Assembly (NCBI GenBank): GCA_015521465.1
Contig: WAOD01000062.1
Coordinates: 1 to 60,275 of the forward strand
DNA from: DHVE2 group archaeon
Lineage (GTDB): Archaea; Thermoplasmatota; Thermoplasmata; Thermoplasmatales; Aciduliprofundaceae
Reading direction: 5' to 3'
Length of the DNA stretch: 60,275 nucleotides
In this document: positions 1-8,197 of the stretch, in pieces
How positions within the stretch are numbered: the first letter of the stretch is position 1
Layout: each line of letters starts with the position of its first letter
The notes under the pieces: model-generated
Told to the model about the DNA's origin: nothing
Databases searched by the model: none
What the model saw: the letters and a program-made list of their open reading frames with translations, nothing else
Program-made: the position numbers and the translations under genes

Positions 1-2298
1 GTTTTATACCTTACCAATGTTAGTAGATCATTCATATCTGGGAATTACGGTTTCATAGGTCTGGTTAACTGCAGCAACATAACCATCACTGCAAAAAAAA
101 TCTACAATGAATACGAAGGCTTTCTCTTGGCTTACAGCAAAGATATAAGTATTGGTCAAATTACAATAAATGAATCTTACTATGGAATATTTGGCTACAA
201 CTCTACGGAAATAAATGTTTATAATATGAGTGTTGAATCGGTTAGCAGGGGGGTCATGATTCATAATTCCACCAATGGTTATTTTGAACATGGAAATGTT
301 ACAAATTCCTCTTATGGGTTCTTTGTAGAAGGTTCCAACTGGATTAAAATAGCGAATTTCACATTCACTTACACGCAAAACACGGTAATTTACATTAAAG
401 ACTCTGGAAATGCAAGCATTACCAACAACACCTTGCTGAACATAACCAAAAACGGAGTTATTGTTTTAGATTCTGAAAACATGTCTTTGCAAGGAAATCG
501 ATTTACAGGTAAAAACATATATGTATATTACCAGCACTACCACATAATAGATTTCGCATCTTCCAAGAACATCACAGTGGAATACAACAGAATCGAGCAC
601 ATACCCAACGTATATTCTGAACCCTTCTATATTTACAAAGGAAGAGACATCATAGTATCCAGAAACACAATAAAAGATGTGTTAACAAAAGGTATCTCTA
701 CTAAATATTTAAGTGCCAACGTGACAATAAGAGATAACCTGCTCATGGGCATGAACACTGGGATTGATGTAGAATCATCATCTAATGTTAAAATCATAAA
801 TAACACAATATACAACACAAGTAGAGGTTTGTACATGGGTGGTGGTAAATACAATCTGGTTAGATATAACAACATATCCCACTCATCGAGCTATGGGATA
901 TATCTTCACAGCGTAAGTAACTCTCTCATAGAATTAAATAATGTATCTTTCACCCATGGTAAATATTCTCCTAGTACTGGTATTTATTTTGAAGGAGCAG
1001 GCGAAGTTGAGAAATATTATACGGTAATAAGAGCAAACACGCTTTGGAATAACACTGGTCCTGGAATTTATGTATATCATTGTGGCGGGATTAAGATTTA
1101 TGACAATTTCTTCTATTATAATAGAGGCTCTAATGATACATATAATCATACTCACATACAGGCTAAAGTTGATGAGGCAAGATACACCACATGGTATTCT
1201 GAGGGCGGATATGGAAATTACTGGTATGACTGGGCAAATAATAATGATAGTAATGACCAAAATAACGATGGTATCGTTGACTGGAAGTATTGGTTAGAGA
1301 AGGATGTTCTTGGGTATGTATCTGATCCCTATCCTTTAAAATATCCAATAATTTTGCGAGATCCGTCCGCTCCATTGAATCTAACCATATCAAACTACAG
1401 CGTTAACAACACCTATGTGAACCTTAGTTGGAAACCACCCCTTTCAGATGGTGGCGTTCCCATTAAAAAATACTATATCTATCGTTATTATACTAATGGT
1501 GTAGGAGGATGGTACTCTACTACGCGTATTGCAACGGTGGATGCAAATCAATTGTGGTACAATGATACAAGTGTATCCAAGGGTTACAAGTACTTCTATT
1601 ATGTAACAGCAGTGGCTGCCACGGAGGGGCCACCAAGCGAGACGGTAGATGTTATAATTGCAAACCCGCCTGATCCACCAAAGAACGTTAAGGCTGTGGC
1701 AGGTGATGGAGAGGTAACTCTCACGTGGAGCATATCCTCTTGGGGCGGAGGCGATGTGTATCCCAAAGGAATAAAGATTTACAGAAATGGAGTATTCTTA
1801 AAGAAAGTGGATTCATATACCACAAAATACGTTGATAAAGATGTTGTAAATGGAGAAAATTACACATACTATCTCACACAGTTGAATCAGTTCTTTGAGA
1901 GCAGACCAAGCGAAAATGTAACCGTTAGACCTATTGGAAAGCCCGAGAGTCCAACTAATCTTAATGCAACAGTTGGTAATGGGTATGTTAATTTGACATG
2001 GCAACCTCCAGTGAGTGATGGTGGGGACTCCCTTAAAGGTTACAACATATACAAAAACGGAGTACTTGTCGTAACAGTATCACCGAATCAAACATACTAC
2101 AATGATACCAATGTAGTTAGTGGGCAAACATACATGTATTATGTAACCGCTATCAACTCCGCCGGGGAGAGTAACCCTAGCAACGAGGTGCAAGCCACAC
2201 TACCTGGAACAATTCCAGAATTATCTGCAGGAATTTGGACAGTGATCTTCACACTAATTTCTATGATTTTATTTGAGAAATATCGTAAATATTCTTAA
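1..2298 (+). CDS. Surface glycoprotein, 5'-truncated by the window edge: parallel beta-helix (PbH1/NosD-like) repeats, three Fn3-like modules, C-terminal membrane anchor
   Basis: Frame 1 has no stop from nt 1 to the TTG at 127 where the ORF track starts, so the gene begins upstream of the window. Periodic beta-helix turns are present (SRNTIKDV, RDNLLMG, INNTIYNT, RYNNISHS). There are three modules of the type 'P..P.NL....G...V.L.W.PP.SDGG..I..Y.IY'. The C-terminus is PEL + hydrophobic helix + KYRKYS. N-x-S/T sequons are very dense. Confidence 0.75.
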   Translation, partial: VLYLTNVSRSFISGNYGFIGLVNCSNITITAKKIYNEYEGFLLAYSKDISIGQITINESYYGIFGYNSTEINVYNMSVESVSRGVMIHNSTNGYFEHGNVTNSSYGFFVEGSNWIKIANFTFTYTQNTVIYIKDSGNASITNNTLLNITKNGVIVLDSENMSLQGNRFTGKNIYVYYQHYHIIDFASSKNITVEYNRIEHIPNVYSEPFYIYKGRDIIVSRNTIKDVLTKGISTKYLSANVTIRDNLLMGMNTGIDVESSSNVKIINNTIYNTSRGLYMGGGKYNLVRYNNISHSSSYGIYLHSVSNSLIELNNVSFTHGKYSPSTGIYFEGAGEVEKYYTVIRANTLWNNTGPGIYVYHCGGIKIYDNFFYYNRGSNDTYNHTHIQAKVDEARYTTWYSEGGYGNYWYDWANNNDSNDQNNDGIVDWKYWLEKDVLGYVSDPYPLKYPIILRDPSAPLNLTISNYSVNNTYVNLSWKPPLSDGGVPIKKYYIYRYYTNGVGGWYSTTRIATVDANQLWYNDTSVSKGYKYFYYVTAVAATEGPPSETVDVIIANPPDPPKNVKAVAGDGEVTLTWSISSWGGGDVYPKGIKIYRNGVFLKKVDSYTTKYVDKDVVNGENYTYYLTQLNQFFESRPSENVTVRPIGKPESPTNLNATVGNGYVNLTWQPPVSDGGDSLKGYNIYKNGVLVVTVSPNQTYYNDTNVVSGQTYMYYVTAINSAGESNPSNEVQATLPGTIPELSAGIWTVIFTLISMILFEKYRKYS

Positions 2299-2307
2299 TT
2301 TTTTTTT
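2299..2307 (+). terminator. T9 run directly after the stop codon (archaeal oligo-T terminator)
   Basis: taa followed by ttttttttt at 2299-2307. Confidence 0.45.
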
Positions 2308-2362
2308 CATTTGAATAGGTAACGAAACTTCAGATGGTATATAAAAAGAGATGGAAGGATTC

Positions 2363-2632
2363 CTAACTGATCTCCGCTTTCTCCAGCAGAAACGCCCACG
2401 AGCCTTCCTCGTCTTCCGGGTCGAAGTCACCGGTGGTTTGCTCGAACGCTTTACGCAGTTGCTTAATGGTGAATCTAATTTTCTTTTTCTTGTGCAGGTA
2501 CCGCACCACGTGCACCAGCGCCATGTATCTGGACCAGTGTGTGTACTCTGCGATATCGTTCACAATTCCAGTCAATGATTTCCCCTGTTTCCACATTTTC
2601 CATATCTTCCTGTCCAGCGATTCAAAGCTCAT
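2363..2632 (-). CDS. Small hypothetical protein of the element (possible HTH, 'GKSLTGIVNDIAEY')
   Basis: 89-aa ORF in the GC-rich block. Its start overlaps the stop of the upstream 62-aa ORF by 4 nt. Confidence 0.45.
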   Translation of the reverse strand: MSFESLDRKIWKMWKQGKSLTGIVNDIAEYTHWSRYMALVHVVRYLHKKKKIRFTIKQLRKAFEQTTGDFDPEDEEGSWAFLLEKAEIS

Positions 2633-2817
2633 GGTTCTCCCTCCCTCTGTGTCAGCCCTATAATCTTACCAAGTCCGTACTTCTTCATTAGCACCGCAAA
2701 TTTGAGGTCCACAACGATTATTTCTCCCTCTTTTGCTGTAAGATCCTCTTTGGGCAATGCTATCCGAAAGTCCCGAGTACATTTCACTCTAGCGCACATT
2801 TGCCTCGTCATCTTCAA
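2629..2817 (-). CDS. Small hypothetical protein of the element (weak SpoVT/AbrB-like 'FRIALPKE' segment)
   Basis: 62-aa ORF. It overlaps the 3' end of the 555-aa gene by 29 nt and the next ORF by 4 nt, in an operon-like arrangement. Confidence 0.35.
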   Translation of the reverse strand: MKMTRQMCARVKCTRDFRIALPKEDLTAKEGEIIVVDLKFAVLMKKYGLGKIIGLTQREGEP

Positions 2818-4456
2818 TCACATCTATCTTCCCAGCAGTTAGCAGTTGCTCAGCCAATTCTATTGGGCACTTCAACACTGAGCCAGCCGTTAGTAGTACA
2901 TCTTTTCCCAACACCTCAGAGTACCAAGAGAACGGCTCTAACACGCAGCAGTTGACTGTATCTTCCTCTTTGCATAGCTCATTGATTAAAATCTCCAGTT
3001 CTATTTCCGTGGGCTCTGGTAGTAAATCAAGCACAGATTCGTAGTCAATTTCCGGATCCTTTACAATATCGGGAATTTCCATTATAGACTCATTTGTTCT
3101 GTATTTCCTCCATCCTTCAACCCATCTCCGCGTATCCGTAAGATAGATGTATCTACCACGCACCTTTGAGTCCCCTATGGTTATCGTTCTCCTTTTCGTG
3201 TGGAATCCGAGCTCTTGCATGAGCCTTCCAATTCTCGCATTGCTCATACCCGTTATATCCGCTAACATGCCCGCGGTAATCGCAACAATCTTTCCCTCGC
3301 CTTCGGTGTCTTCGTAATACGCATAGGTGATATATTTCTTGAATTTCTCTGGCAAATCCTTGCCGTGGATTATTCCCTGCGCAATGTCCACTATTGCATT
3401 GAATATCTGGCCCTCAGCACTGTTTGCTCGTTGCTCGGCAATTTTTTTCTGCCTATCTAAGAGCCATTTAACAAAGGAGTTCTGCATGATGCCGTCCCCG
3501 AAAAGTGGAAGAATGATAGAAAGCGGAGCGGCCAGTTGTTTGAGTCTTGGCTCCACAGGCAGCTGCTGAACCAGCTCGATTTTCTCGTCATCAACTCTTT
3601 TCCAGTTTCTCAAACACCATGCTGCTATCATATCCCTAAGCCTCTCTGTCTCTTCGAAATATGTAGTTGGCAGCACCGGCGGAATGTCCCTACGGTTTGT
3701 CTCGTACGGAGAGATAGACAGAATTCTCCCTTCTGTTGCAGCGTCCCTGAATGGCTCTCGCATGGCAAATATCTTCGGTGAGAACGGGTCAAAAGCCTCG
3801 ATTTTCGATGGGTCATTCCGGTTGCTCATTATAGCCACTTTTCTCCTTTCGAAGCCTGCGTTTACGAATTTCACAAGATCATTTTCTTTATCACCTTTGA
3901 AATCGGCCTCGTCGAGCACTAAAGTTCCCTTTGCAATCTCCTGCACTCTCATAATCGCACTGCGAGTTGCCGTGCCTGCCAACATCAGGGGATAAAAGCA
4001 CAAATCTCCTGTAACCGTGAGCATCCGCGATTTGCCTTTCCCACTGTCTCCTAAGAACCGCAGATACGCAACCGTGTTCGATTTTCTGTAAAACCACGTA
4101 AAAAGTATAAAGAACACTACAAGCTCAAGGTCATTCTCGGGCAGATCCACATATTTTCTCAGGTGCTCCTTTATTCTCGCGAATAATTCTGGCGTTTCTA
4201 TATGCTCCGCGTTAACTATGTTGGTAGTGGGATACTCCAAGGGTAACCGGTGCCCCTTCTTGTCGAGTTTTGGCACTAAGGGCCGGTATTTCTCCCCATC
4301 AACTGTTACTTCCTCGGTCAGTTTTATCTCTTCGCTTTCTGGGTCATAGTACGCGAAATAGTAACCCTGTGCTCCTTTGACCGCCAGGTATATCCTGTCC
4401 TCTGTGTCAATGAACGTCACTTCCTTGTAATCCTTTTTCTTCTGCTTTTTGGCCAT
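2789..4456 (-). CDS. P-loop NTPase, putative replication helicase/initiator of the element, with a C-terminal winged-helix-like segment
   Basis: Walker A 'GDSGKGKS'. Walker B 'TLVLDEADF'. HTH-like 'ITGMSNARIGRLMQELG'. 555 aa, GC-rich, with no housekeeping motif recognised. Confidence 0.6.
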   Translation of the reverse strand: MAKKQKKKDYKEVTFIDTEDRIYLAVKGAQGYYFAYYDPESEEIKLTEEVTVDGEKYRPLVPKLDKKGHRLPLEYPTTNIVNAEHIETPELFARIKEHLRKYVDLPENDLELVVFFILFTWFYRKSNTVAYLRFLGDSGKGKSRMLTVTGDLCFYPLMLAGTATRSAIMRVQEIAKGTLVLDEADFKGDKENDLVKFVNAGFERRKVAIMSNRNDPSKIEAFDPFSPKIFAMREPFRDAATEGRILSISPYETNRRDIPPVLPTTYFEETERLRDMIAAWCLRNWKRVDDEKIELVQQLPVEPRLKQLAAPLSIILPLFGDGIMQNSFVKWLLDRQKKIAEQRANSAEGQIFNAIVDIAQGIIHGKDLPEKFKKYITYAYYEDTEGEGKIVAITAGMLADITGMSNARIGRLMQELGFHTKRRTITIGDSKVRGRYIYLTDTRRWVEGWRKYRTNESIMEIPDIVKDPEIDYESVLDLLPEPTEIELEILINELCKEEDTVNCCVLEPFSWYSEVLGKDVLLTAGSVLKCPIELAEQLLTAGKIDVIEDDEANVR

Positions 4457-4459
4457 GTT

Positions 4460-4969
4460 TCACCACCTCCTGCTGGCTACCCACTCCCTTGCCTTCATTA
4501 TTGTCAGTTCCCGGTATCTATTGCCCGCCGTGGGCCATTTTCCTATTCCGCAGCGCATCATCACTTCGTTGATCTCTGCGTCCGTGAAACCCTGGTACAC
4601 GAGTTCTCGCACACAAGCAAGTTCGGCCTCACTGCGGCTCGGGTATCCGTACCGTGCCCACCTTCCTTCACAAAGGTCCCGGAACCACTTGTCCCTGTGC
4701 ATAAGTTCCTCGATGGTTGGATGGTCGTGAGATTGCTGTAAAATGCTTCCTTTTATCCCATTCGTGCTCTCTCCCGTGTCATTTAAAATGCTCTCAAGAA
4801 GTGTCGCATTCCGTTCTCTGGCGTTTTCTATGTCCCCCATGTCAAATTTGTCGTACCAGTAAGTAAGCAGTGGGTAGTGTGGAATCTTTAGATTTGTAAA
4901 GCCGATGGGCTGAAACAGTCTATTGATGTTATAGGTATGGTAGAACTCCACGCCAGAGTCATTCCGCAC
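4460..4969 (-). CDS. Hypothetical element protein (169 aa), first gene of the minus-strand module
   Basis: GTG start at 4969. Its stop lies 3 nt before the start of the 555-aa gene. The segment 'SRSEAELACVRELVYQGFTDAEI' resembles helical domains of plasmid primase/Rep proteins, but this is a weak call by eye. Confidence 0.45.
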   Translation of the reverse strand: MRNDSGVEFYHTYNINRLFQPIGFTNLKIPHYPLLTYWYDKFDMGDIENARERNATLLESILNDTGESTNGIKGSILQQSHDHPTIEELMHRDKWFRDLCEGRWARYGYPSRSEAELACVRELVYQGFTDAEINEVMMRCGIGKWPTAGNRYRELTIMKAREWVASRRW

Positions 4970-4992
4970 CTGCGGAATCAGAAAAATCAGGT

Positions 4993-5012
4993 AATTACGC
5001 AGCTGCGTAATT
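4993..5012. promoter_or_regulatory. Perfect 20-bp palindrome AATTACGCAGCTGCGTAATT next to a TATA-like box, 24 nt upstream of the module start codon
   Basis: The sequence equals its own reverse complement when read directly. On the minus strand, 'TTGATAAATT' (plus-strand 5009-5018) overlaps its upstream arm. Confidence 0.5.
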
Positions 5013-5040
5013 TATCAAACAGATGCATGTCAAAGGGTCT

Positions 5041-6408
5041 TCACATGCCAAGCAGCCATTTCCACAGAGGAACAAAAACTATCTTTTTGCCTTTTATTTC
5101 CTCAACAGCATCGTAGGAAGAGTTAATAACCAAAAGATTCTCGCAGTTCAGCGCATCACTTGCTTTGATTAGCGCAGTAACCTCTCTTTTTTTGGTATCG
5201 TAGTCCGACACATCGTAGGAAACTTGGATTAGCTGCTCTATTTTCAAATCATTTCTAATGACAAAATCAACTTCTTTTCCTCTCTGATCTTTCCAGTAGA
5301 ACACATCAAAATTATCTTTCGAACCTCTTCTGAGAAGCTCCACAGCGACCATATTCTCGTAAAGTCTGCCCATATCCTTTGAGAATTTAGTGGATATGCT
5401 GGATATGAACCCGTTGTCTATGATGTAAACCTTCCGAGGATACTGCATCTGGTCCTTGATTTTGTAAGAGAATATGGGGATACTATGTATAAAATAAGAG
5501 CTTTCGATGTAGCCCAGATAGTTCAATACAGTGGTCTTTCCGATGTGGTATCCCATGCTCTTCAGGGTGTTGTACAGCTTACTTATAGAGTAATTCGTGG
5601 AGTTCAATAGTAACTTTAAAAGAGCTTTGATTCCTTCCTCGTTACCAACATTGAATCTCTCGATTATATCCCTGCTCAGAACCGTTCTGAAGTAATCCTG
5701 CAGGATCTCAAACTTTTTGCTCTCATCCGCTAAAACCACTTCCGGCATACCTCCATAGGTAAGGTACTCATTGAGAGCCCTTAAAATCACGGTCCGGGTG
5801 CTCTCTGAATACTCCGCATCCTTATAATTAACATTAATGTTCTTAAATCTCAAAAACTCGGTAAAAGAAAGGGGATGTACCTTAATTTCGAGGCTTCTAC
5901 CCCGCAATTCCGTGGGTAGCTCTCTGCTGGAAACCTTGGACGATGAGCCAGTGATGAATATATTGACGCTTTCGTTATCGTATATTCTCCTCAACCACTT
6001 GCTCCAGTGGGGCATGTTCTGAATCTCGTCCAGCAAAAGATATCTCGGCTCCGAAAATGTCTCTTTTATTGCAGGAACCAAATTAGTCAAGAATTCCGTG
6101 CTCTCCGGTATTCTCTCATCATCAAAGTTGATGTAAATCACTTCCTCCCGGCTGTACTCCTTAAGCAACTTTTTTATTAGAGAATAGAGAATGTACGTTT
6201 TTCCAACTCTTCTAAATCCCGTAATTGCCACTATCTTGCGAGGAGTCATTTTCAGGTATCCCTCTAGCTCCACCTCTCTTGGGATTATTTCGGGAATCTT
6301 TTTGTCCTTCCACGAATACAGGATTGTCTTTATTGTATTATCCATGGTACAATAATGATATGAAACTGTACTACTTAACCTTTTTGCAGTATGATTTCGG
6401 ATTTCCAT
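5041..6408 (-). CDS. AAA+ ATPase of the COG1373 type (AAA_14 + DUF4143 architecture)
   Basis: Walker A 'GFRRVGKT'. Walker B 'YLLLDEIQ'. The C-terminal part is paralogous to the neighbouring ORF ('VHPLSFTEFLRF', 'EVDFVI'). Confidence 0.8.
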   Translation of the reverse strand: MEIRNHTAKRLSSTVSYHYCTMDNTIKTILYSWKDKKIPEIIPREVELEGYLKMTPRKIVAITGFRRVGKTYILYSLIKKLLKEYSREEVIYINFDDERIPESTEFLTNLVPAIKETFSEPRYLLLDEIQNMPHWSKWLRRIYDNESVNIFITGSSSKVSSRELPTELRGRSLEIKVHPLSFTEFLRFKNINVNYKDAEYSESTRTVILRALNEYLTYGGMPEVVLADESKKFEILQDYFRTVLSRDIIERFNVGNEEGIKALLKLLLNSTNYSISKLYNTLKSMGYHIGKTTVLNYLGYIESSYFIHSIPIFSYKIKDQMQYPRKVYIIDNGFISSISTKFSKDMGRLYENMVAVELLRRGSKDNFDVFYWKDQRGKEVDFVIRNDLKIEQLIQVSYDVSDYDTKKREVTALIKASDALNCENLLVINSSYDAVEEIKGKKIVFVPLWKWLLGM

Positions 6409-6418
6409 TGAATTGCAA

Positions 6419-7168
6419 TTATTGCAACAGAAACCTCCACAGCGGGATCAATGTCACTCCGTTCATGTCTCCCTCTTTTGTTCTTGTTATCACCGCTTTA
6501 GAATAACCTCTCAAATTTCTCAGATTCTTCAAGTCCTCCTCGGCGATGTTGTCTTTGTATTTTGACTCCCATGCCATATTACCACGAACAAAATCCACTT
6601 CGAGCCCTGATGTGCGATGATACCGCACCTCTCCTTGCTGCTTTAGCTTTAAATACACCAGATTCTCCACAATTGCCCCCAAATTTATTTTGTCCACTAT
6701 TACCGTGAAAAACCCAGTATCCTCGAGGTATATTTTTCTTGGGGATACCTTTCTCTCAGATAGTTTTCCTTCTCTCTCCACGTCGTATATCAAATTAGCC
6801 TCCTTGAAGAAATACAGTATATCGCTCACATCATCTTTGGATATTCCAACGCATCTGGCAATTTTTCTCAGGCTCGCAGGTGTGCCCACACTCTGCGCCA
6901 AGCATGCCAAAGTATCCGCGAGATTTTCAACGTTTCTTATCCCATGGGTCCCTGCAATATCTCTGTATATGATGGTGCCTAGAAGGTATTGGAGATAATT
7001 CAAATCCTTTGTTTTTACATATTCTGGTAACCCACCCATTGTGGCGTACTCTTCCGCTAATTTGGGATAAAGATGTGCATCCGCAGGCGTGATTTCGTTG
7101 TTTGTGAATTGAAGATATTCTCTAAAGTTTAGAGGATAGACATGAATTACCCTTTGCTTCCCTGTCAA
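6419..7168 (-). pseudogene. 5'-truncated COG1373 paralog lacking the whole AAA domain
   Basis: The ORF begins at 'VIHVYPLNFREYLQF', which aligns to residue ~175 of the 455-aa neighbour ('EIKVHPLSFTEFLRF'). The frame is closed ~20 nt upstream. It has only a TTG start. Confidence 0.6.
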
Positions 7169-7276
7169 AGATGGTATATAAATGTGTCTCTAAATAATTG
7201 GACACTATTGCTTTTTACTGTCTATTCACAATATGACAACATAAAATCCTGTTTCTCTGACGGTCATGGCCCCAAA

Positions 7277-8113
7277 TTATGGTTCAAACACCTTTACTAT
7301 CTCACCTACCACCTGTGGGTACCAGTAATCCGCCTGCTTCACCTTCGCGAGGTAGTGCATGGAACCGATGCTCACTGGACTGCGACCCTGTATGAAATCT
7401 GCCACACTCTCCGGCACGTTGTGCATAATAAGGAAGTTGTAGTTCCACTTGCGCAAGTACTTGGGTGAGAGTGTACGCCTTGCGAAATAATTGGTTACGC
7501 CCCTGTCAGTTATCTCATATCTCTTCATAACTTCAAAGATATTCAAAGGCATGTATGCATAGTAAGAACGCTTGGTACCCCTCGAAGAGAATATTGGTAA
7601 ACGAACAAAGTTATCCGCGATGTGAGCTCTTGATCTATCAAAATTATTTATCAGGTGCACTCCCTCAATAACTCTTAATCCAGACACCGCAAGAAGCAAA
7701 AACACGGTGCGGTATCTTTCGTCATTAATCTCGTTGTATGCTTTTATCACCTCTTCATTGGAAGGGATGTAATTATCCACGTTAGAGCGAACGACTTTCA
7801 GTATCCTTCGATATTTTGCCAAGGTTCCTGGGTCTATGAGATCAAATTCCTCATAATAGTTCAGTAGATTTCGGAGTGCAAGAACTATATACTTCTTGCC
7901 GGTTGCTTTTTCTCTTATTTCCCATAGTTCATGGAGGTCACTAATGATTTTAGTTCCAACAAATCTATCAAGAGTGCTTATAATGGCCTTTACGTATTTT
8001 TCGGATGTGACTCTCTTGCTTAGCCATACAGTAAAATCCGCCTTCACAGACGCATAATCCAGAGAAAACCGGTACGGTTGAGGGGCCAGTCCCGTAGGGG
8101 TTCCTGGGTTCAA
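7277..8113 (-). CDS. int: Tyrosine recombinase, SSV-type integrase C-terminal fragment, Int(C)
   Basis: Catalytic-type residues: 'LAVSGLRVIEG' (Arg), 'HNVPESVADFIQGR' (His-x-x-Arg region), 'GSMHYL' (Tyr). The first ~120 codons contain no ATG. The frame is open back to 8146, and codons 1-17 are antisense to the tRNA fragment. Confidence 0.75.
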   Translation of the reverse strand: MNPGTPTGLAPQPYRFSLDYASVKADFTVWLSKRVTSEKYVKAIISTLDRFVGTKIISDLHELWEIREKATGKKYIVLALRNLLNYYEEFDLIDPGTLAKYRRILKVVRSNVDNYIPSNEEVIKAYNEINDERYRTVFLLLAVSGLRVIEGVHLINNFDRSRAHIADNFVRLPIFSSRGTKRSYYAYMPLNIFEVMKRYEITDRGVTNYFARRTLSPKYLRKWNYNFLIMHNVPESVADFIQGRSPVSIGSMHYLAKVKQADYWYPQVVGEIVKVFEP

Positions 8114-8128
8114 ATCCCAGCCCCCGCA
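8078..8128 (+). mobile_element. att site: 3' half of a tRNA-Leu(GAG)-like gene, running from the anticodon loop to the discriminator
   Basis: TTGAGGG loop, GCCAG, long variable arm TCCCGTAGGGGTTC, T-arm CTGGG-TTCAAAT-CCCAG, acceptor CCCCCGC, then A, followed by a T5 run. There is no complementary 5' acceptor, D-arm or 5' anticodon-stem strand upstream. The acceptor strand is identical to that of the intact tRNA-Leu at 51451. Confidence 0.7.
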
Positions 8129-8197
8129 CTTTTTAGCTGTTGTTGTTTATAATATGAGAAATCGCAACTCTAAAATACGCTGCTCCAATCCCTCACC

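Larger units (their letters stand above)
2340..8128. mobile_element. Integrated plasmid/provirus-like element or its mosaic remnant; right end is a tRNA-Leu 3'-half att site, left end undefined
   Basis: GC content jumps abruptly at ~2350: the single line at 2401-2460 is 34/60 GC, versus 18/60 at 2221-2280. All genes are on the minus strand and tightly packed or overlapping. They comprise a P-loop replication-type protein, COG1373 ATPases and a tyrosine recombinase that reads through a tRNA fragment at 8078-8128. Confidence 0.6.

Noticed and set aside
127-2298. ORF-track start (TTG at 127) for the first gene
   Set aside because: The frame is open from nt 1, and the upstream 42 codons continue the same beta-helix repeat character. 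I treat it as a 5'-truncated gene rather than a complete 723-aa protein.
2299-2362. Left attachment site / direct repeat of the att at the GC-content step
   Set aside because: 'GGATTCCTAACTGATCTCCGC' has only a loose resemblance to 'GGGTTCCTGGGTTCAAATCCCAGCCCCCGC'. There is no T-loop and no convincing repeat, so the left boundary remains undefined.
8041-8128. Possibility that a complete tRNA gene sits at the right end of the element
   Set aside because: Upstream of the anticodon loop there is no strand complementary to GCCAG, no D-arm and no GCGGGGG acceptor 5' strand. That sequence instead encodes the integrase N-terminal region on the other strand.
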